Shown here: positions 12,723 to 24,051 of the stretch, piece after piece
Layout: every line of letters starts with the position of its first letter
How positions within the stretch are numbered: the stretch's first letter is position 1
Origin: Octopus bimaculoides
Taxonomy: Eukaryota
Assembly: GCF_001194135.2 (NCBI RefSeq)
Contig: NC_068982.1
Coordinates: 60,876,827-60,940,826, forward strand
DNA: 64,000 bases
Direction: 5' to 3'
Notes under the pieces: model-generated
The model's database searches: none
What the model saw: the letters and a program-made list of their open reading frames with translations, nothing else
What the model was told of the DNA's origin: nothing
Made by a program: the position numbers and the translations under genes

Positions 12723-13849
12723 ATTCGCATTTTTCCTGACAGTTTTATAAATATCTCAGCTTTGCCTTATTCAGATGCATTTTCTGTTTCTTATTCTTTA
12801 TTTTATTATTGAAATTTGTATCTCTTCAAACTTTCCCTTGCTTCACCCCTCTCCCCTCTCCCTACCTGATATGTTGACTCCATGCCTTTCTTTTTTCCTT
12901 TGCTTTTTTTTTTTGTTAAGATGAGGAAGTTTGAATCTAAGAGAAGAATTAATCAAATAGCAACAAACTTAAGATAGGAATGGTTGGATGGTTGAATGGA
13001 GAGAGAGAAAATAGTGGACAAAAACTGTAAAGAAATTTAGGTGAGAAGAAAAAAAGGAAAGAAAAGAGAAAAGAGGAGTATAATAAGACGTGATGGTGGG
13101 GTTGGGGCAAGAATGAACACATTAAGAGAAAGAGGAAATACTAGGAAGTAAATAGGAAGGAATTTGAGGAAGGAGAATCAAAGAAAGGTGGTTATAAGAA
13201 GAGCAGAAGGGAGTAAAAAACAAGTGAAAGATTAAGAGAGGAGAAATCAACAAAAAAAAAAAAAACACATAGAAAAGAGAGTGAAAAGTAAAAGGAATAA
13301 GAAAATAAAATCAAAGAAAATCAAAAGATAAAAATGGCAAAAATAAATCAGAAATTTGAAAAAAATATCTGTTTATGGCATGGTGTTTGTGGACTAAAGC
13401 TTTATCGCTTTACAAGAATTTCTTGCTTTAGCAGAGCATTTACTAAAATTTCCAAGAAACAAGCAGTTTTAATTTCAATTTTTCTTTTGCTTTCATATTT
13501 GTTTTGTTTCATTTTATATAAATGGAAGATGACTTATTTTTTTGCAAATATGATAAATATTACAGAGATAAGTCTTCTTGTAAGACAATTTTTATCTCTA
13601 AAACAAAATTTACAAAATATATGATATGGGAAGACTACATGTAGGGACAAGAAGTAAGAAAGATATCTCATATAACGTTAATTTTATTTTATTTTACTGT
13701 ATTTATCAGATGTTTCTTTACAATTCTGACAATGTTTAAGGGCAGCTGTGAACTTATCTATATTATTTCTGGTCTCCCTTAGAAGTACTAGCTGCTTATA
13801 ACAATCTTCAACTAGCCATCAAATAAACATGTACACAAGTTATCAAGGG

Positions 13850-14075
13850 ATCTTCTATATGGACATTCAATTTGCTAGAACTAACAACCAAATCCCTTTC
13901 AAATTGCACCCTATTGTTTTTTAAATAGCAGGAAATAATATTGTTACATCCAGGATAATGCAATTCCTGATAAATTATTCCTTTAAAAAATACACTGAAT
14001 GATCATGAACTGAACATCTTTGTTCATAGGGCTGTTCAGCCACGACTAACCCAGGGCTAAACAGAAACTACATGA
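13850..14075 (+). mobile_element. Short dispersed repeat family F (further copies 33905-34075 +, 35355-35510 +, 57775-57965 -, 63095-63275 -)
   Basis: Shared aaatcc(c/t)ctcaaat..acccta...gataatg...gggctaaac motif in five places; class unknown. Confidence 0.65.
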
Positions 14076-14643
14076 ACACTGGTTTCTCTGTCCCAAAGTG
14101 TTTTTGAAATTATTGCTTCTCACTTCAACCAAGCATAGATCACATTTCAAATTCCCAATAGTGTACAGTGAATCACTACTAATAATTGCTAATTTAATAT
14201 CATATTTAGTGTCCCTGTGCTTTAAAGTCTATGCTTTAAGAAATATTCCATATCTTCACCTCTAATTGCAATTTATTGAATTGCAGTAAGGAATTAATAG
14301 TGAAATGCAGACATTCATTTAGAAAAGTATTTAAGTATTTTCTAGTAAAGATTTTTAATTAGAAATCATGTGGATAGAAGTGCACATGAATTTACATAGT
14401 CAAATAATAATCAAACATTTAGTTTAGCTAGATTTTAACAAATTCACACTAAATTTCAGTCATAGGTGTTATTTTTTTGTGAATTGAGACAAAATGTGGT
14501 TAGAATTTCAACTTACTTTATTTGTCTCTCTTCTAATATTCAAAAAAGTATAAAACTTATTACTTTGTACAGGTTTGATTACCCAAATTGAAGCAATATT
14601 TATTTCCTTTTTCTTTCAGTTTCTTTTAAATCTGTCCATTTAC

Positions 14644-14697
14644 CTTATATGGTATCATATTATCCTCATTATGAGTGGTCAGTGATGTGAATGCATC
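14644..14697 (-). CDS. Candidate 54-nt exon (DAFTSLTTHNEDNMIPYK)
   Basis: Acceptor attacttcag, donor AAG|GTAAAT, phase 0-0 and open; joins 15959-16017 in frame. Confidence 0.25.
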
Positions 14698-14800
14698 CTG
14701 AAGTAATTAAGGATTTTCTTCTACTACTAAGTGTGTAAAATAATCTGTACCCTTAACATCTAAAAAGGTCATTCCAAATTTAAGTGATACCAGAACTGTA

Positions 14801-15335
14801 TAGAAATAATATATTTCTAAATCTCTCAAAGAGATTTATGCAGTAGTGATACAATGAAGTAGTTGTATGCTGTCAACTTAATGTGACAGTCCCCTGAAGG
14901 GAAGCGGTGCAGCTTCCTAGGTCTAACCAACAGTAGTATTATTCCCTTCAGGGGACTGTCACATTAAGTTGACAGCATACAACTACTTCATCGTATCACT
15001 ACTGCATAAATCTCTCAGAGAGATTTGGAAATATATTATTTCTAAATTTGAAATCAGTGAATGTATTTCACTAGAATCATTATATGTTTACAAGAGCTTG
15101 ACAGGTCAACTAACAGGTCATGTTACTCCAGACTGATGATGAGTAAAGACTCAGAAATATGTCTCTGGATGCAGGCTTAGCTGGGTGGAGGAGCTTGTCT
15201 TCCCCTTGTAAACATAAGGACGCAAGAAATGTGTCAAGGCCAACAGGAAGCAGTGCAGCTTCCTAGGTCTAAACGACAGTAGTATTATTCCCTTCAGGGG
15301 ACTGTCACATTAAGTTGACAACATACAGCTACTTC
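14801..15335 (+). mobile_element. Non-coding hammerhead-bearing insertion (retrozyme / Penelope-like non-autonomous element)
   Basis: accagaactgta at 14789-14800 and 15336-15347; 91-bp direct repeats at 14900-14990 and 15246-15336; 103-bp inverted arm at 14801-14903; hammerhead core at 15127-15169. Confidence 0.7.
15127..15169 (+). ncRNA. Minimal type I hammerhead ribozyme
   Basis: tccaga CTGATGA tgagt-aaag-actca GAAA tatg TC tctgga: 6-bp stem I, complete core, 5-bp stem II with tetraloop, vestigial stem III, GUC cleavage triplet (15161-15163). Confidence 0.8.
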
Positions 15336-15958
15336 ACCAGAACTGTAGTCATATCGTATTTCAATCCAAACTTTGCTGTCATTGTACCAAGAGGTTTTCT
15401 GATCCCTCATTCAGAATATACTTTAAGGATTGCTTAATACTTGAATCCTCTGTTCACTTCACCCACTCAAATGGGTAAAACTGTAAACAAAGCTGCAAAG
15501 CAATGTCTACCTTGGATGAATATGTACTGCAAATGAATCAACTAAATGCACATAAATGTGACATCAAAGACACTAAGACGCTTATCCAGCAGAAATTTGT
15601 GTCGGATTGAAATTTGATGAGAATAATACCATAATAAATAATTTTTGAAGCTGTATAATTCTTCTTTGTGGTGTCTTGTAAGTGTGTGTGTGTGTGTGTG
15701 TGTGTGTGTACATACATACATACACAAGAGACATGAAACTGATCATTTTTAACAGCGGAACTTGTAAGTAAATAATGCTATAAATAACAGCATGTAAATA
15801 TTAGGTTTAAAAAAGACTCTTGGATGGAAAACATCAAAGGTTGCCCGTGGGATTCAAAGCAACATCTTCTGTAAACATGATAAATGTTCTACCATCATAC
15901 CATTGTCTATAGCTTTATCTACTTTAAGTTCCACTGTTAAAAATGAATTATATCATAC

Positions 15959-16017
15959 CTCTTGAAGTTTCCATGTTCTTATGACAAAAACCACAAACAA
16001 GTCTTGCTGGTAAGCTT
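15959..16017 (-). CDS. Candidate 59-nt exon (AYQQDLFVVFVIRTWKLQE)
   Basis: Acceptor ttcattttag, donor GAG|GTATGA; ends in phase 0, matching 14644-14697. No homology recognised. Confidence 0.25.
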
Positions 16018-16234
16018 CTAAAATGAATGGAAAAATTCAAAGAAGTGTTTTGGTACAATAGTAGAACATCTGTTATGTTTACAGATGATGTGAGTTCAAG
16101 TCCCGTGGATAGCCTTTGACTTTTTCCACCCGATGAGTTTTTCAATTCAACATTTTCATGCTATTATTTGTAGATTTATTTACTTTGAGTTCCACCATTT
16201 AAAATAATTTGTTAAATGTATGTATATTGAGGAT

Positions 16235-16607
16235 GTTGTTGGCACTCCGTTGCTTACGACGTCGAGGGTTCCAGTTGATCCGATCAACGGAACAGCCTGC
16301 TCATGAAATTAACGTGCAAGTGGCTGAGCACTCCACAGACACGTGTACACTTAATGTAGTTCTCAGGGATATTCAGCATGACACAGTGTGACAAGGCTGG
16401 CCCTTTGAAATACAGGTACAACAGAAACAGGAAGAAAGAGTGAGAGAAAGTTGTGGTAAAAGAGTACAGCAGGGTTCGTCACCAACCCTTGTGGAGCTTT
16501 AAGTGTTTTCGCTCAATAAACACTCACAACGCCCAGTCTGGGAATCGAAACCGCGATCCTATGACCGCGAGTCTACTGCCCTAACCACTGGGCTATTGCA
16601 CCTCCAC
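16235..16607 (-). mobile_element. tRNA-derived SINE family C (~380 bp), full length with 11-bp TSD
   Basis: A-box/B-box head ggaggtgcaatagcccagtggttaggg...ggtttcgattccc; TSD atattgaggat at 16224-16234 and 16608-16618. Confidence 0.93.
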
Positions 16608-17434
16608 ATATTGAGGATATACATCCAATAAATATATTTGTATTATTCCACTAATATCTCATTCCAGAAATGTAGAAATGCATTTACCCTTTAAATCTCT
16701 AGAAAGTTTCTATCACACTATAAATAGAACATTGCTTATACATTTTAGGGTACGTTATACTCAAACTGTCTACTGATACAAGACTAGAAAGAAAGCAATA
16801 TGTATAATAGAGAAACCATTCTCATGGAACAACTCAGATTACAGTTTTTGTTTAATTGATAGACTGTGTGTATGATAATCTTGTTTTATTAATACACCAA
16901 AAAGCCCCTCCTATTGCTAAATACTAAATGTCATATATATATAAAATGCACCCAGAAATTGCACTCTTTATCTTTATGACATGCTTTTCATATCTCTTAC
17001 ATTTCCTTTTCTATAATTTCTTATTTAGTGTCCAATTGCAGGCTGTCATGTCTTTCCATCTTATCTAATTATAATTTCTGCATAAAACTAATATAAGGTT
17101 TTCTTTGGGTTTTCTTGCAAGCCTGGTTATGCTGACATTCATTCCTTGTGTACAGATTCGTATTAACAAAAAGAAACTCATTGTGTGTATTAGTTTGTTT
17201 GTTTTTTAACAGAGTTCAACATTCTGAACAATAAGCACATGTTAGAAATTATCAGACATTGTCAGATTAGCATCATCATTAATCATGAGTCAGAAGAAAG
17301 TTGCTGAGGTAGATTTTCTACAGCCAAATGCCATTCCAGTCACAGATCCTCATCTATATCCAAGTAAGGCTATGTTCCCCATGACCAGCCATGTGATACC
17401 TATCACATGACATCAAGGAGAGTAACACATACAC

Positions 17435-17600
17435 ACACAAACATACATATACAATAGGTTTCTTTTAGTGTCAATCCCCCAAGGCTTCGGTTGGCCCAGG
17501 GCTATAGTAGAAGACACCTGCCCAAGGTGCCACCCAGTGGGATTGAACCAGAGACCATGTCGCTGTGAAGCAAACTTCTTCCCACACAGCTATGCCGGCA
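17435..17600 (-). mobile_element. SINE family A, 5' half
   Basis: Reverse complement of the family A head. Confidence 0.75.
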
Positions 17601-18189
17601 CCAATATCAGATATCTTACAAAATTTTAATAATTACTTAAGATTAATACAAGTTTAGTTTAAGTTAATATTTCATTAGTGTGATGTCTAATTAATGATAA
17701 TAAACTAATAACCATCACTTGCAATTAAGTATGGCTTGGTAGTATGTACCAGGCTTTCACTAATTCTTTAAGTTGTCCATGGAGCCATAACCATCCAGGA
17801 AGTGACAAGTGAAATTAAAAAGGGGGGCCAGGAACCATACATATGGACTCACCCCAACCACTAGGCTACATATCTTCACACAATAATTAATACTTTCAAA
17901 GAAGTTATGTGACTACGTAGAGGCTTCCTCACTGGTCATGGTTAGTTTGGTCTATTGAAATCCAATAAAGACATTAAATCTCTATTTTCTTCAATAGTAA
18001 TGCATGTGTATCTTGTTTTTGGATGAACACAATGACTTGCAATTGCCTTATTAACAATAACACACGACCATTGATCAAATCATTTGCCAGAGTAGTAAAC
18101 AGCTTAAGAATCATTTTAAATTATATGCACTGAGATATATATATATATATATATATACGGTTTAGATATAGATTCAAGGCTTGAATATG

Positions 18190-18685
18190 GTACTTATGCG
18201 AAGGCACCCGAATTTCACATCCCAAAAGGATGGGTGATTAAAATCAAATAATAAGCAACACNNNNNNNNNNTAAGGCTCTTAGTTGATCGTTGTCAACAT
18301 CCAATGGCCGACCACTACGCTTATTATCTTCAAGACTCTCATCACTGCTACGAAATTTCTTAAACCACCATTGTGCTGTACATTCGTTAGTGGTTCCTGG
18401 GCAAATGCATCATTGATATCGCGAGTTGTTTCAGCAGCTTTTTGGCCTAGTTTGAACTGGAATAGGAAAATTGTGCGAATTTGCTTTTTGTCCATGCTGT
18501 ATTCAATGTTCCAGAGAAAATGGCCTAATCATTCAAAAAGAAAAAGAGTAACACGATTAGATAGAGCGAAAAACGGGCTTTAAAATTATATATAAAGTCA
18601 TAGTAATTTAATGAAAATTAATTTGAAAATACATAATTTAAAACCAAAATTAAAAATTCCACAAGAACTTTCTTGACATAAGTAT
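18190..18685 (-). mobile_element. Mariner relic (Hsmar1/cecropia-like N-terminus), internally deleted, with a small gap
   Basis: ORF 18280-18495 MDKKQIRTIFLFQFKLGQKAAETTRDINDAF matches the MDKKQIR..F.F.FK.G.KAAETTRNIN mariner start; frameshifted downstream. Confidence 0.88.
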
Positions 18686-19700
18686 GTATATTTGCATACA
18701 TGTGTGTATGTATTTCAAATAGGACCAGAAAAAAATTATCTTTATGGTCATTGTTATGTCAATAGCTAGATAACAATGACCATAAAGATAATTTTTTTCT
18801 GGTCCTATAGCTAGATACTTCACTTACTTGCTATAGTCTGCCTACTGGAGATCATCACTGGAGGATCCCATTACTCGGCTTGTGGTTGTTAGAATAACAG
18901 TGAAGAACTAGAAACATTCAGTTGGTGTCTGACACTTTTACTTTCTTTAGACACACAGATTAGTTGGACTGAGTATTGTAAGCTCCTGAATGGCAGTTGC
19001 AGCAAGTTTTTCGTTTTTGACACCTGTGATCCCTGTTTACAACTAGGTGGACTGTGCTGTTTGAAAGTTAAGTGCTATTGCCACTGATACAACATAATGC
19101 TAACAAGTCAGTTGGTTGTCTGCTACCCTAATCACTCACACATCTACATACTTCTGCCGAGAATAGGAACCAGTTTTTTTTTTTTTGGTGGTGGTTGGGG
19201 ATGGGCTCAAGAAAGTTACCATTAATATACCAGTGTCCTATACAGGTTAGATATACCTTTCATTTTGAATAACTCCATAGGAAACCCACAGTAAAGCATC
19301 ATATAAACTGTTGTGTTTGTCAAGGGATTGGTTTGTATTAGTTTAGGCATAAAGCTGAGATTGAACTTGCTTAGGAAGTTTTTCCTTCGCACAAAATCAC
19401 ATAGCAATATTTTACTTCTTTATTTATTACTTTATTATTTTATTTATTTATTTATTTATTTATTTATTTTTTTGTCATTTGCACACTTCTCTTTTATTTA
19501 CACGATATTTCATGAGCCATTCATGAATTGCAAGACAGAAAAAGTTATTTTAGTACCAATCATGTTTCTTCCCAACCCTCTAAAAGTCATTTTGGTGTCT
19601 CTGATTGTTTATTACCATTTCTCTCATTTTTTACAAAGCCATCGATTATTAGCAGGATTTCACTACATGCCAGATAAAAAGGTTTGGTGTCTGTGATTGT

Positions 19701-19749
<49 letters not shown>

Positions 19750-20984
19750 GCGTGAGAGAGAGAAGTTGTCACTTTTAGACAAGGGGAAAAAATATTTCAC
19801 TATATTATGCAAATACAGGAAGAGCCATCAATAAACTGGACGTGTTTAGGGGCAGTGGCCATAGACTTCCTTTCTCAGAATGTAATATGAATATCTAAAA
19901 GATGGGTCAGGGTTGATGTAAATCATACAGTTGCTTTTTTTTTTCTTTCTAGAGAGAAGATATCAACCATTTTTGTCAATGAACAGACATTTGTTATTGG
20001 AATAATCTGTACAGAATTTTTTTTAATTAATGGAGAGAAAGAAGCAGCGTCCTTTTTCTGTAAAATACTTGTGTTAGTGTCTCCTTACAGTACATTTGCT
20101 CTTTACAAAAATGAATAAAAAGAAAACAAAAAAATACTTAAAATGTAAACTAAGTGAATTTAGACAGTTTACTCAAATTGACATATTGAATTTCTTAAAC
20201 TTTCACTTTTCAGCTAGAACATTATTTATAAATATTTCAGATGAAATTTATCATTCTGATTCCAAGACAGCTCTCCTTGTTTAGTTAGTGGATGAAATTT
20301 ATTCTTCTTATTGTAGACATCGTTATTTTTTTTATCTAAATTAAAGGTTTTTTTTTTTAATTATTATTGAAAATATCACACAAATTATTCAAGAAATTAT
20401 GTCCAGTGACACATAGAAAGTATATGAATTTTGTGGAAATTCTCTTTCTGCATATATTTTCAGATAGCAAATTATTGTATTTTGCAAGCAATTTCAAATA
20501 ATAAGTCAAATATAATTAAAATACAGTGTATGTGTTCCTATTTGCTTATAAAGATATATTATTTTACAGGTGAACTGAGAAAATACTACTCAACATGTCT
20601 GCAAAAATGCCCAAGTTCTTGTTTCACAATTAGGTCTGTGCAATGCCATGTTGTATTCATGGCCTAGACAGACACCTAACTTTCTATCCTTAGGTGGTCA
20701 TAAATAGATATGATGGAACGCAAGTCTTACCAATGTCACCACTGGCAGTTCAGTTAAAGTCTGTCTTACTAAGGATACTTTGGGACGGCCTCCATCAAAC
20801 TAACTTGCCTTACACACTCTACATGATGATGAAGCCTAAAGTAGCATCTCACGGTGGTTCTCAACAGGGGTCCTTACAAGATTTTGTTCTTAAAATTTAT
20901 TTGCAATAAAATGGTTATACTTCTACAATACACAATTATCTAGATACAATTTCTAATATTTAATTATAAGAATATTATTCTTTT

Positions 20985-21610
20985 ATTCTTTTATTTGTTT
21001 CAATCATTTGACTGTGGCCATGCTGGAGCACTACCTTGAAGGATTGTAGTTAAACAAGTCGACCTCATAACTTATTTTTTAAGCCTAGTACTTATTTTAT
21101 CAGTCTCTTTTGCCGAACCACTAAGCTATGGAGATGTAAACACACCAACACCGGTTGTCAAGTGGTGATGGGGGGGGGGGTACAAATGCAGACACACACA
21201 CATAGATATATACATATATATATAATTATAGTTCAAATTTACAGAAAACAAACGACGAATACAGGTGTAGGAACAATAAGCAGGTATATTAGTTTAACGC
21301 TTGGGAAAAATGGAAAAGTCTTTTACATTTCAAACCTATACTCTTCGGCAGAAAGCATTAAGAAGAAAAAAATGGAAAGAGAATGAAAAAACTGAGAGAG
21401 AAAAAATGTGCAGAGTTCCACAGTCCAACATGGTGAGGTGTGTATGCATGTATACAATGGGCTTCTTTCAGTTTCCATCTACCAAATCCCCTCACAAGGC
21501 TTTGGTCAGCCTGAGGTTATAGTTCAAGAGACTTGCCTATGGTGCCACACAGTGGGATTGAACCCAGGATCACGAGATTGGGAAGCAAGCCTCTTACCAT
21601 ACAGCCACCA
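20985..21610 (-). mobile_element. SINE family A split into 3' part (20985-21215) and 5' part (21440-21610)
   Basis: Both halves are recognisable, with about 200 bp of unrelated sequence between them. Confidence 0.75.
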
Positions 21611-21624
21611 TATTATTGAATTTT

Positions 21625-21712
21625 TTCAAACATCGAATGGTTAGAAGGGTTCATCCAAATAAAATAGAAACCAAAGGGATCCATAGGAAAAAGAATGGTT
21701 GAGAAACCCTGA
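21625..21712 (-). mobile_element. Fragment of the hAT-Charlie-like MITE found at 24052-24301
   Basis: aaagggatccatagg...atggttgagaaaccctg is the reverse complement of that element's left end. Confidence 0.7.
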
Positions 21713-22129
21713 TCTAACAGCTTCTTAATCTCACTATCTTGTTGACCCATGATTAAAGAGTATTCATAAGAAGATTGTAATTACACGATGTTTCATTCAA
21801 ACAAAATGAAGAGTGACTATGACTTCAAAGTTTCACTCACAGAAGCTCATTGTTTGTCTGATGAGCTACTGCTGGTGAAACTTGCTTCAGTCCTCCAGCA
21901 TATTATCTGAACAAAATATGCCATCCTATAGAATTGTACTTGTTGAATGAATAAGGTCTTAACTGATCAATCAAAGAGGCATAAGAGACGTAGGTTTAAT
22001 CCTATATCTAGGATTGATTTATATCTTTAGGTGGTTAATCTCTTTAGAGTTCCATGTTTTGTTAAAATTTAGTACATAAGGAAGAATAGCTGCTATTGTT
22101 GTTTAACCCTGAGTCAGTGCTGATTAATC

Positions 22130-22750
22130 TATTAACATTCAGACTATTCTGGGCAAACTGGGGAGGTGCAATGGCCCAGTGGTTAGGGCAGAGGACTCGC
22201 AGTCATAGGATCACGGTTTCGATTCCCAGACCGGGCATTGTGAGTGTTTATTGAGCGAAAACACCTAAAGCCCAACGAGGCTCTGGCAGGGGATGGTGGC
22301 GAACCCTGCTGTACTCTTTCACCACAACTTTCTCTCACTCTTACTTCCTGTTTCTGTTGTGCCTGTAATTCAAAGGGTCAGCCTTGTTACACTGTGTCAT
22401 GCTGAATATCCCTGAGAACTACATTAAGGGTACACGTGTCTGTGGAGTGCTCAGCCACTTGCGCGTTAATTTCACGAGCAAGTTGTTCCGTTGATCGGAT
22501 CAACTGGAACCCTCGACGTCGTAAGCGGCTGAGTGCCAACAAATAAAATTCTGGGCAAATGTAATGCATATTTATTCACATTGTTTTGAATTAATCCTAC
22601 ATTATCACATAGCTTTGAGATCTTGATGATGTAATAGTTTATTTTTTAGAATGAATTAGGGTAGGTATGAGAGGCCAGATCTAGTTGGTTTGAACATAAA
22701 ACAGGTAGGATATTTTGGGCAGATATGATCAGTTTAAAAGCTTAAGTGCT
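22130..22750 (+). mobile_element. Older MITE-like repeat interrupted by the SINE C copy
   Basis: cattcagactattctgggcaaa...tgtaatgcatatttattcacattgttttgaattaatc reads continuously once the SINE and one TSD copy are removed. Confidence 0.45.
22158..22547 (+). mobile_element. SINE family C, full length with 12-bp TSD
   Basis: TSD attctgggcaaa at 22146-22157 and 22548-22559. Confidence 0.93.
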
Positions 22751-22939
22751 AAGCAGATCTGTGATCAATGAATATTGTTTTGTACATCCAGGACTATATT
22801 TTTCAATGTATCCTACTATGTAAAGGCATTCTCACCAGCTTTTTGCAACAATGGTTTTCTTCTGTGGTATTTGTTAGACTGATGCAGTTCATTATTGTTG
22901 AAGTTTCAATCCAAATAAGGCTGCATATGATAACCAGCA

Positions 22940-22995
22940 CACATACATATACACACATACACACACACATATACACAAACACACACACACACACA

Positions 22996-23034
<39 letters not shown>

Positions 23035-23055
23035 ACACACACACACACACATACA
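22940..23055. repeat. (CA)n microsatellite
   Basis: Directly visible. Confidence 0.95.
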
Positions 23056-23499
23056 TTCACTTATATAAAATATATGCAAGCAAACACATTTGTCTTGTTA
23101 TACAAAAGTGATTGTAATCCTGTTTCATATATATATATACACATGAAAATACACAACAAATAATGATAAAATAGATTTATGAGGTTCTTATATGCCCTTG
23201 TCAACAACGGTCCCACACTATTTTTGATTCTTTCCTTACACTTTTTCTGAAATCTAATATATAACTAACAACAAAATGCAACTACAACTATGACAAACCA
23301 TAAAAACATAAGTAACAGACACACAAATAATACTGTTTTTTCTTTTTGAGATTTTTTTTTTCTCTCTTGTCTCTAGGGCACCTGATATGTTGACTACTCT
23401 GTCCATTTGGTCATGTGATACAGTATATCATAGCTCAGTGGGCCCATCTCTCAGAAACCCTAATCCTTTCTCTGTTGAATAACAATAATCTCTCTCTCA

Positions 23500-23504
23500 C
23501 ATCA

Positions 23505-23548
<44 letters not shown>

Positions 23549-23736
23549 AATCTATCCATCTATCCATCTATCCATCTATCTATCTATCTATCTCTCTATC
23601 TATCTATCTATCTATCTATCTATTTATCTGTCTTTCTGTCTGTCTGNNNNNNNNNNNCTATCTATCTATCTATCTATTTATCTATCTATCAATCTATCCA
23701 TCTATCCATCTATCCATCTATCTATCTCTCTATCTC

Positions 23737-23789
<53 letters not shown>

Positions 23790-23820
23790 TTATCTGTCTT
23801 TCTGTCTGTCTGCTTATCTA
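23500..23820. repeat. (TCTA)n/(TCCA)n tetranucleotide tract spanning a gap
   Basis: Directly visible. Confidence 0.95.
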
Positions 23821-24051
23821 AATATTATTCTTAGTAGCAGTGCATATTTATTACTTCCTCTCTTTCATTTCTTTCCCCTTTTTTTCTGTTGAAAGTCACT
23901 GCTAACAAATCCACAATAAAAACATGCTTCAAGCAACTACTTCATATGTTGAGAGTTATAGAAGGAAAAGAAAAACAAAAATAAAAGTAAGTCTTATGTG
24001 AAGCTTCTCTATGAAGCATGAGAATTTCAACAATGAACTCAAGATTTAAAT

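Noticed and set aside
21841-21906. Minus-strand segment with strong acceptor and GTGAGT donor
   Set aside because: Stops in all three frames; not coding. Similar stop-containing pseudo-exons at about 17000, 18830 and 45333 show such signals arise by chance here.
23500-23815. Apparent duplication of the (TCTA)n block around a small gap
   Set aside because: Probably the same assembly overlap artefact.
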